NCBI GenBank assembly: GCA_965226885.1
Contig: CBDDEL010000016.1
Span: 576,001 to 640,000 of the forward strand
Length of the DNA stretch: 64,000 bases
Origin: Opitutales bacterium
GTDB taxonomy: Bacteria; Verrucomicrobiota; Verrucomicrobiia; Opitutales; UBA2987
Direction: 5' to 3'
Below are positions 45,086 to 54,162 of the stretch, piece after piece. Numbering within the stretch: position 1 is the stretch's first letter; the number at the start of each line of letters is the position of its first letter. The position numbers and the translations under genes are program-made. The notes under the pieces are model-generated. The model was not told where the DNA came from and did not search any database. It was given only the letters and a program-made list of their open reading frames with translations.

Positions 45086-46849
45086 ATGGAAATTTTATCT
45101 AATCCCTCCGAATATCTCGATCGGCAATTGCGAGAAGCCGCTTCCCGTGGCGGTCTTTTCGACGACTCATTCGACCCCCAAATCCGCCCCTCGGATCCGC
45201 GCCACGGCGATTACCAGGCCAATGGGGCGCTGCCCCTGGCGCGGAAAATGGGCCTCAACCCCCGCCAGACGGCTTCGCAGCTAATCGACGCCCTCAATGA
45301 ATCGGGAAATTTCGACGAGAACCTGGTGGCCATGTCAGTGGCCGGGCCGGGATTCATCAATTTTCGCTTCAAGGCGCCTTTTCTGAAGAAGTGGCTGATA
45401 AAACATAACTCCGGGGAAGAGCTCAAAAATGCCGCCGGCGGCCTCTTTGCGGATCGAATATTCGTGGTAGATTTCAGCTCCCCCAACACAGCTAAACAGA
45501 TGCACGTGGGACACATCCGGTCCACCGTCATCGGTGAATCCTTATGCCGCTTGCTGGAGTTTTGCGGGGCTTTAGTTTTGCGCGATAACCATATCGGCGA
45601 CTGGGGGACGCAGTTCGGCATCCTTCTGTTGATTATCAAAAGAAAGGGATTCGATCCATTGCGTCCTTGCTCCGATCCCCTGGCGGAACTAGAGGATTTA
45701 TATAAAAAAGGGGTGGCTTTGACCAATGAAGAACCGGCCTTTCTGGAGGAAGCGCGACAGGAACTGGTTAAACTGCAAAACGGGGACAAGAAAAACCTGG
45801 CTTTGTGGAAAAATATCAACGCGGTCAGCTTCGGCGCTTTCGAGGAAATTTACAAAAAACTGGGCATTCGCTTCGATGAGGTCCTGGGGGAAAGCTTTTA
45901 CCGGGACAAGGTGGAACGCATCTACCGGGAATTGGTGGAAACCGGGGTGGCCGAGGAAAGCAGAGGCGCCTTGGTGGTCTTTCACCCCGAGCACCCCCGA
46001 TTTCGGGAACAGCCTTTTATTATTCGTAAAACGGATGGGGCCAGCAATTATGGCACCACCGACCTGGCCACCATCCTGCACCGGGTGGAGCATTACAAGG
46101 CGACCGACATCCTGTACGTGGTCGATTCCCGCCAGAGTGACCATTTCGAGCAGCTTTTCCTGACCGTGCGAAAGTGGTTTACACAAAAAAATGTGCCCGA
46201 GCCAAGGCTTGAGCACATAAGTTTCGGCACCATATTGGGCAAGGGCGGCAAGGCTATTAGGACCCGCGACGGGGAACCAGTCAAACTGAAGGACCTCCTC
46301 AATGAGGCAGTCGATCGGGCCTACGCTATTGTTTCGGAAAAAAACCCTGGTCTGAGTGAGGACGAACGCCGCCGAGTAGCTGCAATTGTCGGTCTGGGAG
46401 CGGTTAAATATGCCGATCTGATGCAAAACCGAACGAGCGATTACCTCTTTTCGTGGCCCAAAATGCTCAGTTTCGAAGGAAACACGGCACCCTACTTGCT
46501 CTATGCCGTGGCCCGCATCCACAGCATTTTCCGCAAAGCCAATCTACAGCCGGGGGAGGGCGAGGAAAAGGCCTCCGATTTCGAAACCGCGGAGGAGATG
46601 GCCCTGGCCCGCAAACTGGTCGAGTTTGCCAGCGTGCTCAAGCAAACCCTCAACGACTGGCGGCCCCATTTTTTGTGCGCTTATTTGTATGAATTGGCCG
46701 GTGTCTTCAGTGGCTTTTACAATTCCGACAAGGTGATCGGGGAAAATCCGCCAACACAGGCGCGCCGTCTTATCCTTTGCGCCCGCACCCTTCTTTTGCT
46801 GGAAACCGGCCTGCATCTGCTTGGCCTGGATACCTTGGAAAGAATGTAG
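45086..46849 (+). CDS. argS: Arginine--tRNA ligase
   Basis: GDYQAN, GPGFINF, DFSSPNTAKQMHVGHIRST, NHIGDWGTQFG, FEGNTAPYLLY; AGGAG RBS before ATG 45086. Confidence 0.96.
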   Translation: MEILSNPSEYLDRQLREAASRGGLFDDSFDPQIRPSDPRHGDYQANGALPLARKMGLNPRQTASQLIDALNESGNFDENLVAMSVAGPGFINFRFKAPFLKKWLIKHNSGEELKNAAGGLFADRIFVVDFSSPNTAKQMHVGHIRSTVIGESLCRLLEFCGALVLRDNHIGDWGTQFGILLLIIKRKGFDPLRPCSDPLAELEDLYKKGVALTNEEPAFLEEARQELVKLQNGDKKNLALWKNINAVSFGAFEEIYKKLGIRFDEVLGESFYRDKVERIYRELVETGVAEESRGALVVFHPEHPRFREQPFIIRKTDGASNYGTTDLATILHRVEHYKATDILYVVDSRQSDHFEQLFLTVRKWFTQKNVPEPRLEHISFGTILGKGGKAIRTRDGEPVKLKDLLNEAVDRAYAIVSEKNPGLSEDERRRVAAIVGLGAVKYADLMQNRTSDYLFSWPKMLSFEGNTAPYLLYAVARIHSIFRKANLQPGEGEEKASDFETAEEMALARKLVEFASVLKQTLNDWRPHFLCAYLYELAGVFSGFYNSDKVIGENPPTQARRLILCARTLLLLETGLHLLGLDTLERM

Positions 46850-46942
46850 GGGGGCGGCAGAGCCCAACTCCACCAACATCTGTATATCCCCCGATTACAT
46901 GGCCATAGTCCAAGAACCGGTCGTGGTGCGATTTTGGCAAGG

Positions 46943-46974
46943 AAATTAAAATAAGGAAATCCTTATTTTAATTT
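46943..46974. promoter_or_regulatory. Perfect 15-bp inverted repeat, candidate operator
   Basis: AAATTAAAATAAGGA-AA-TCCTTATTTTAATTT immediately upstream of the Fic-like remnant. Confidence 0.55.
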
Positions 46975-46981
46975 TTTACAT

Positions 46982-47308
46982 TTGATTAAAATATATAAAT
47001 TCTTTCTCAACGTCACTGCGAATGAAGCGGTCGAAATCTTTTGGAAAATTGTCGAGCTAAACGAAGATATGCAGCAGTTGGTATTCTCCATGGGAGGCCG
47101 AGCCACCAACGGGGCGCGTTTGCTGGAACTTTTTTACTCGTATTCTGGTTTAAGTATTCGGTCTGTCGCGAAACTGCTAAATTTGACACCGGCAACAATT
47201 GACAGGTTATTGCGGGAGTTTATCCGACTTGGAATAGTCCATGAAATCACCGGTTATCGACGCAATTGCATTTTCTATTTCAAACCCTACATTGATTTAT
47301 TTATTTGA
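46982..47308 (+). pseudogene. C-terminal (HTH) remnant of a Fic-family protein
   Basis: SIRSVAKLLNLTPATIDRLLREF...EITGYRRNCIFYFKPYIDLF resembles Fic C-terminal wHTH; the catalytic HPFxDGNGR motif is absent. Confidence 0.65.
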
Positions 47309-47346
47309 TAACAATTCCGAATCCCTTCAACAGCGGCACCTCAAAC

Positions 47347-47412
47347 CTTATTTGTATGAACTGGCCGGCGTCTTAAGCGGCTTTTACAATGCCAGCAAGG
47401 TGATTGGAGAAA
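47347..47412 (+). repeat. Diverged direct repeat of an argS 3' segment (46680-46745)
   Basis: 57/66 identical by manual alignment; YLYELAGVLSGFYNASKVIGE versus YLYELAGVFSGFYNSDKVIGE. Confidence 0.9.
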
Positions 47413-47500
47413 GCTCCTTATCGCCGTTGACAGTCAATCTTCCCTTTATACAATTTCTTCTTATTAACGAAAAAATTAATTTCAACCAGGAGATGTAAAA

Positions 47501-47544
47501 ATGCCCAATCCTTTTTGTCACATTGAACTGAGCACGACCGATCC
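47501..47544 (+). pseudogene. 5' stub of a VOC/glyoxalase family gene cut by IS3-A
   Basis: AGGAG RBS then MPNPFCHIELSTTDP, a typical VOC start; no continuation after 51167. Confidence 0.6.
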
Positions 47545-48752
47545 TGACGTGTACTGGATTTGTTGGACACGGGATTCTCTTATATTCATTGTTTATTGAT
47601 TAGTGTGTCAGGCGGCTTGTTTTGGTAAAGGGTTTTGTTTTCTCGTTGCCCCCCATGGGGGGCAAATATTTTCCTCGAATTGGACTGGGCTTTGGTAACT
47701 CAGAGAGGAATGTTTGCGATATCGGTTGTAGAAGATTTCCACGTATTCGAAGACAGTTGATCGCAGTTCGCGCTCGTCGGCAAAGTGGCGGCCTCGAATC
47801 GTGCTGGTCTTGAAGCGGCCGTAGAACGATTCCATGGCCGCGTTGTCGTAGCAGTTGCCTTGGGCGCTCATGCTCGGCTTCATGCCTAGTTCAGAGACCA
47901 GCCTCTGATAGTCGTCGCTGGCGTAGGGGCTGCCCCGATCGCTGTGATGAATAATCCCGGTGCGCAGTGTGCCGCGGGTCATGGCCGCGGCTTTGAGGGC
48001 CTTGCCAACCAGCTTCGCGTCGTTGTGGTTGGAAACGCTCCAGCCCAGCAGGCGTCGGCTGAACAGGTCCATCACCGTGGCCAAGTACATCCAACCGGCC
48101 AGGGTCCGTAGGTAGGTCGTGTCCGCCACCCAGACCTCGTCGATATGGGTCGGCTGGCCATGCTTTTTAAGCACATTGGGGCTGTAACCATAGGGATGGT
48201 TACTGTTGGTTTTTAATGGCTTAAAGCGTTTACTCTGGGTGCTTTTGATTCCCATTTCACGCATCAGACGCAGAGCCCGGTCACGGCCGCAATCGATGCC
48301 CTCATCATCCTTCAGATGGCGGTGCATTGGCCGATGCCCATAGCGGCCCTTGGCCTCTTTGTGTACCTTCAGGATCGCCCCCTTGATTCCCTCGTCCTCG
48401 ATCCGCCGGGCCGAGGGCGCTCGGTGCCTCCAGCAGTAATAGCCACTGCGACAAATCCCCATCGCCGAGCATATTTCCTCGATCTTGAAGCGCCCCTCGT
48501 TGTCTTTGACAAACTGGTACTTCATTGTTCGTCCTTGGCAAAGTAGCCCACCGTTTTTTTTAGTATCTGGTTGATCCGCTCCGAGCGGCGCAGCTCTTTG
48601 CGAAGACGATCTATCTCGGCCGCCATCTCCTTCGGACTGCTCTGTCGCTTTGAGGTGGCTTCGCCCTGCTGATCGTCCAGATAGAGCCTCTTCCACCTAT
48701 ACAATTGGTTGGTGTTGACCCCAAGTTTGGTCGATACCTCGGTGGCGCTCAG

Positions 48753-50086
48753 TGAAATGGACGGGGAAAACTGGACAGTGGAATAAGGTGGTCTTGAACC
48801 ACTAAATCCGCTAACCTATGAATGTTATTAAATCACGAAAGAGAAGACAATACAGTGCTGAGTTTAAAGCCCGAGTGGCCCTGGAAGCCATCAGGGGCGC
48901 TCATACCATCAACGAGATCGCCGGTCGTTTTGAGGTGCATCCCAACCAGGTGACCCAATGGAAGAAGCAGCTTCTGCAGGGAGCAACGGAGCTGTTTTCG
49001 CGCCAGCGGCAGACTCTCAGCAAGGACAACGAGACGGAAAAAGATCACCTTTACCAGGAGATTGGAAAGCTGAAAGTAGAATGCGATTGGCTAAAAAAAA
49101 AGTCTGAACAATTCGATTGGTGAGAGGCGCAAGATGGTGCAACCACTTCAAGGAAAAATCAGTATCGGCAGGCAATGTCAGTTGCTGGGGCTGGCCCGCG
49201 GCAGCTATTACTATCGGGCCCGTGCCCAGTGCGAGCAGAACGTTCTCTACATGCATCGCATGGATGAGCTCTACACCCAATATCCGTTTTTTGGTTCTCG
49301 CCGGATGACCCAGTGGCTGCGTCGAGAGGGCCATGCAGTGGGACGAGGCCGCATCCAGCGGCTCATGCGCCAAATGGGCCTGGGAGGCTATTTATCCGCG
49401 TCGAAACTTGAGCCAGGGGCACCGGCAGCACCGCATTTTCCCTTATCTGCTGCGGGGTTTGGCGGTCGAGCGGCCCGACCAGGTATGGTGCAGCGACATC
49501 ACTTACCTGCGGCTGAGCCGAGGATTCCTTTTCTTGACCGTGGTGTTGGACTGGTTCAGCCGCTACGTGTTGAGCTGGCAGCTTTCCAACACCCTGGAGA
49601 GCCGCTTCTGTGTGCTCGCCCTGGAGGAAGCTCTGAGGCGGGCCCAACCTCAAATCTTCAACACCGATCAAGGCAGCCAGTTTACCGGCAGCGAGTTCAC
49701 CTCGGTGCTGGGGCAAGCCGGGGTGCGCATCAGCATGGACGGGCGTGGCCGCTACCTGGACAACATATTTGTTGAACGCTTTTGGAGAACCCTCAAGTAT
49801 GAAGACATTTACCTGCGCGAATACGCCACGGCAAAGGAAGCCAGCGAAGGGATAGCCCGCTACCTGGACTTCTACAACCACCTGCGCCCCCACCAAGCCC
49901 TGGGCTACCGGACCCCGGCCGAAGTCCATGCAATCGGAGCAAAACCAACCTCCCCGCCAATACAGCTTGCGGGCACCTGCGTGCCCGTCTTTGGCTAAGG
50001 ACAAAATATATTTTTAAAAAATAATATGAACACGATTTCCACCTTAATCCCACGTCAAAATTGTCCAAACAACCCCGTCCACTTCA
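48753..50086 (+). mobile_element. IS3 family element 'IS3-C' (orfA 48818-49123; orfB frameshifted near 49383)
   Basis: IRs TGAAATGGACGGGG / CCCCGTCCACTTCA; WCSDITY, FNTDQGSQF, DNIFVERFWRTLKYE; A9 run. Confidence 0.9.
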
Positions 50087-50269
50087 TGGTGCCAACCTAA
50101 AGGGTGCATTGGTGCTGCCCCCGGCACTACCGAACCAATGGGGGAAAGGGGGCAGTGTCTCTACACCCTGAAAAACACCTAAAAATCAAGACGATCTGCT
50201 CAAAATACAAAGAAATCCATCTCCAATAGCAATAACGAGCCAAACTTTACCCTTCATGAAATATCCGGG
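50087..50269 (+). mobile_element. IS1380 right-end fragment
   Basis: Identical to the IS1380 3' terminus; followed by CTAA inside another IS1380. Confidence 0.88.
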
Positions 50270-51093
50270 CTAACTTCGTTGCGGTCGCACCAAGAGAGTA
50301 TCCGGTCTCGACAAAATCCACTGTCGGCGCGCCAAATAATCCGCGTACGGGGCCAGCTTTGGCGAATCCGTTTAACCAGCAATTTGAGGATGGCCCCGGC
50401 ATGCTTGCTGGCATCGATCTTGCTCGGCCGCAGGTAGGCCACCAGCAGCTGATCACCGCAAAAAACATATAGCGGCAGAAAACAGTAATGATCATAATAA
50501 CCGTGGAAAAAACGTCCCTCCTGGAGCCCGTGCACCGGAGTGTCGGTGGCGTCAAAGTCCAGGATGATCTCTTCGGGTTCCTCGGCAAAGGAGCCCATGA
50601 ACTGTTCGACCAACAGCTCGTTTACCGCAAAGGCCGCCCGCCGATCCTGCCCGTTTTCAAAACGACACAAAGTCGGCGCGCTGGCCAACGTTTCAATGCG
50701 CCCCGTTACCGTTTGCAACAATGGATCGTGGCGCAGGGTATCAAAGTCGTTCAAATCCTCATAGCCCGCCACCAGCCCGTAAACGCGCTGCCGCAGCATC
50801 CCCAATACCTCATGGCGTACTTTGCCCTTCTGCCGTTTGTCCACTAACTGTCGGGCCGCTCGTTCGGTCAAGCCCAACTGCCGATCCACTTCCCGGATCA
50901 AAAGCAGTCCGGCATCCGAAGTAACCTCTCCGCCCTTGAAATCAACCCCCACACGGCGGCCTTTTACCCTTGTCAACTGTAGCTTTAATTGTTTACCTTT
51001 TGTCATCGCTGATATTGCTTTAATTATTGATCTATCCTGCTGTATATCAGCAGTTAAGCATATCAACGATACTTTTTTTACGAAATATCCGGG
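50270..51093 (-). mobile_element. IS1380 left half (truncated transposase 50254-51066)
   Basis: Left IR at 51093, flanked by CTAA within IS3-A orfA. Confidence 0.88.
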
Positions 51094-51200
51094 CTAAAGC
51101 GTCTTCTTCCCATGCTTCGATTCTCCATTTAGGAGAATCTCGTGTCCACTTTTTCCAGTGCACATCATGTAAGCTTGGTGGTAGTTGAGCAAGAGAAGAA

Positions 51201-51283
51201 AAGGGTGCCAAATCAGTGGTTCATCTTCCCTGTTTGTTCATTATGGGTATTCACCCATATACCGCCACAAATTCCCGTGGAAC
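51201..51283 (-). repeat. Dispersed element R1, copy C
   Basis: AAGGGTGCCAAATCAGTGGTTC...TTGTTCATTATGGGTATTCACCCATATACCGCCACAAATTCCCGTGGAAC. Confidence 0.85.
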
Positions 51284-51542
51284 CAGCCCAGCCGCACCCC
51301 TTGTGGCATCAATTAGTTCAATCCAGGGGCCAAGGTCGTCTGTCCGGGTGTAGGGTTCCCATATCTGCAACTGCCAAGTAAAAACAATTGCCAAATCACA
51401 TTGAAAGCAGAAAATTGGATCGAAATAATGGAAAGTAGCTATTTTCAACGATTACGAATGTTCATATGGGAAATCTCGGTTTAAGGTTCATCGAGAAGGA
51501 ATTGCGGCGTTACAACGACGAAGGCAAGGGTTGGGTTAAGCA

Positions 51543-52712
51543 ATGGAAAAAACGGCAGACGCTGTGGTGATTGGTGGCGGCATTATGGGAGCCAGTGCCG
51601 CCCACTTCCTGGCCAAGAAGGGACTGGGCAAGGTCGTGTTACTGGAGAAACGTACCCTGGCCGCAGTGAGCACGGGACACTCGGCGGCGAATATCCGCTG
51701 CGCTTACTCCAATCCGGTGACGATTCAGCTTGCGCTGCGTGCATTCGAAATGTTTGAGAACGATCGCGAAGAGCTGGGTGGCGACACCGGCTTTCGACGG
51801 ACCGGCATGATGATCCTGTTGGGGGAGGATCAAGTTGCCGCCGGCAGAAAGGTACTGCAGGCGGAGCGGGAACATCACACGGAAACCAGGGAAATTGGAC
51901 TTGGGGAAATCAAGGAACTCGCTCCGCAACTCAATCTGGACGGAGTTTTCTGCGCGACCTATCAATCGCGAGGGGGTTATGCAGATCCGTTGCGGACTAC
52001 CCAAACACTCGTAAAGCGGGCAAAGGAGTGGGGGCTGTCAGCCTACGAAGGAGTCGGTGCCGGCAACATTCAGATCGACGGCGGTCGCGTCAGCGGCGTC
52101 CAGTCCGACTGGGGCTTCATTCAAACACCGCTGGTGGTGAATGCGGCGGGACCTTGGGGAAGCCACGTCGGGGCGTCGGCCAACCGAAATTACTCCATCC
52201 GCTGGAGCAGGGAGTCCGACCTCGTGCTGAGGCTGCCGTCTGACTTCGGTGATTTCCCCATCATTGCCGACCCAGGCTGCCACATCTACTTTCGGCCTCA
52301 TGGGGAAAACAAGCTGTTAGCCGGCTTGGACTATCCCAAGGAAATTGAGCCACTGGATATCAACCATTATGACGCCGACCTGGACGCCAACACCCGCCGA
52401 CGGATCGAGCAGGGGCTGTTTAAGCGAATCCCCGCGCTGCGAGACGCGGAGTTTGATCGCGGATGGGCTTCCATCTACACTATTACCGGTGACTGGCACC
52501 CGTTGGTGGGCGCTGAGGCAGGCATTGAGGGCTACTATGCGTGTTTCGGGGGCAGCGGGCACGGTTTCAAGCTTGGCCCGCCTATCGGCGAGGCTTTGGC
52601 CGGCGTCATTGTGGGCGAGAGGCCCAAGATCGACATCCACGCCCTGCGGCCGAGCCGATTCGAGGAGGGAGCCCTTTTCACTTCTGCCTGGGGTGAAGGC
52701 AATCGCGCCTGA
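51543..52712 (+). CDS. FAD-dependent oxidoreductase, DAO / sarcosine oxidase beta-like
   Basis: VVIGGGIMG, VVNAAGPW, GGSGHGFKLGPPIG. Confidence 0.9.
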   Translation: MEKTADAVVIGGGIMGASAAHFLAKKGLGKVVLLEKRTLAAVSTGHSAANIRCAYSNPVTIQLALRAFEMFENDREELGGDTGFRRTGMMILLGEDQVAAGRKVLQAEREHHTETREIGLGEIKELAPQLNLDGVFCATYQSRGGYADPLRTTQTLVKRAKEWGLSAYEGVGAGNIQIDGGRVSGVQSDWGFIQTPLVVNAAGPWGSHVGASANRNYSIRWSRESDLVLRLPSDFGDFPIIADPGCHIYFRPHGENKLLAGLDYPKEIEPLDINHYDADLDANTRRRIEQGLFKRIPALRDAEFDRGWASIYTITGDWHPLVGAEAGIEGYYACFGGSGHGFKLGPPIGEALAGVIVGERPKIDIHALRPSRFEEGALFTSAWGEGNRA

Positions 52713-52794
52713 ACAATTGGGTGCGGCGGAATCACGAATTGTTTCTGCCTTTCAGGAGAATCACGGGCAGAAACTTTTGATTCTAAGAAACCCT

Positions 52795-53124
52795 CTATTT
52801 CAATTCCCATCTCGCCGGGTCGATACCCGGAGCATCGACCGGCATTTTGTCCGGTTTGTCGGGAGCATCGTGGGCCCAGATGCGCTGATTTCGGTCCTTC
52901 AACACGGCTTGCACTTCAGCCGGACATTGGGCCAGCTTTTCGTGGAGTTCATCCCGATACTGACGGGCTTCTTTCTGCGCCTTTCTTTTGCCTCCACATT
53001 TCAGATCACTGAAAAGTTTGGGGTAGGTTTTCCCGTTTTTAAACCCTCTCACATTCCATCCGTGGACTGTTCCCGAATCAATGCGGGTGATTCCTTTATT
53101 TCTTGGGTCTTTTCTTTTAGCCAT
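52795..53124 (-). CDS. Small AP2-domain-like DNA-binding protein
   Basis: KGITRID...GWNVR...KLFSDLKCGGKRKAQKEARQYRD resembles the AP2 three-strand plus helix pattern. Confidence 0.6.
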   Translation of the reverse strand: MAKRKDPRNKGITRIDSGTVHGWNVRGFKNGKTYPKLFSDLKCGGKRKAQKEARQYRDELHEKLAQCPAEVQAVLKDRNQRIWAHDAPDKPDKMPVDAPGIDPARWELK

Positions 53125-53148
53125 AAGCCAAAAGCCTTACCAATCTTT

Positions 53149-53937
53149 TTAAGCCTGCAAAAGTTCTGGCTTGTTCATTTTCCAGGCGGCAGCACCAGCC
53201 AACAGGGTCATTAAAACTATGATGCCCCATTCGTTCAGTGTCGGGATGACATCAGCGCCCTTTCCTGCCGGAATAGGTTTGTCAGCCTCGTCTTCCCAGG
53301 CCCAGTCCACGATGGTAATCGTCTGGATGTTCGCCGCAAGATTGACCCGTATCCAGCCGTAATGCAACGGCCCATTTTCTACTTTCGTAAACCGGACCCC
53401 GATGTACTTGTTTTCCGCACCGGGAAAATTACCATAATGATCACTAACAGTACCAAACCCAATTACCACGTCACTGTTGCTAGTCCAAAATCTACTTGTT
53501 TGAGAGCTGATGCTGCCAATATTGTAGTTTGCGGTCAAAGCCTTGGCATTGGCATAGGGGAACCCGTCAAAAATATACGAGCCAAGGACACTCGCCGATT
53601 CTTTCAATTGATAGATGAAGGCGAGGCCAACGCCAGGTTCCGGGGTGGCATTAATTATACTAAATTCATCATTACCATCACCGTCTACATCAATGTTATA
53701 CTTGTGATTCGTAGTGTTCGTAGCCATCAGCATAATATCCCTCACACCGCTGTACTGTATGGCAGCCTCGGCTGCAGGGGCCACGGCCAGGGCGGCCCCA
53801 CCAGCGGCGGCGCTGGCCAGGGCCAGATTTCCAGGTCTTGCTGACCCTTTCCCAGCGGCAAGGGCCGATGCCCGGTAGGCCTCCAGCTTGTCCTTTAAAT
53901 CAGTGATTTTCTTAACTGCTGGTTTTTTCATCATCAT
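53149..53937 (-). CDS. IPTL-CTERM sorting-domain surface protein
   Basis: C-terminal IPTLNEWGIIVLMTLLAGAAAWKMNK; Ala-rich signal ending AEA; HYGWIRV motif. Confidence 0.85.
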   Translation of the reverse strand: MMMKKPAVKKITDLKDKLEAYRASALAAGKGSARPGNLALASAAAGGAALAVAPAAEAAIQYSGVRDIMLMATNTTNHKYNIDVDGDGNDEFSIINATPEPGVGLAFIYQLKESASVLGSYIFDGFPYANAKALTANYNIGSISSQTSRFWTSNSDVVIGFGTVSDHYGNFPGAENKYIGVRFTKVENGPLHYGWIRVNLAANIQTITIVDWAWEDEADKPIPAGKGADVIPTLNEWGIIVLMTLLAGAAAWKMNKPELLQA

Positions 53938-54162
53938 GTATGAGATTTTGGGAGTGAACTGACAGATTTGTACTTCCAGTACTAAAAATCTGACTGGATT
54001 TTGAAATACCCTTAGATGACTTACATGTCTACAAAATCTACACCTACGTCTACACCTACGAGGATTCTTGCATATCAGGTGCAACCCAGGTGCAACCTCA
54101 AGAGCAGGTTCTTACTCCTTTTTTTCTAGCCGGCGCGGGCAAAGCCCGACAGTCTTCCGGAT

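Larger units (their letters stand above)
47545..51167 (-). mobile_element. IS3-A copy 3 with nested elements (own sequence 47545-48752 and 51094-51167)
   Basis: orfB intact (47608-48525), orfA interrupted; flanks ATCC and TGTA do not match. Confidence 0.9.

Noticed and set aside
41327..46522. Long antisense ORFs (e.g. 41327-42016, 45698-46522, 45211-45819)
   Set aside because: Shadow frames of lpxC-fabZ and argS with no recognisable motifs.
52345..53214. 289-aa plus-strand ORF
   Set aside because: Overlaps the oxidoreductase out of frame and the AP2-like gene antisense; composition is not protein-like.
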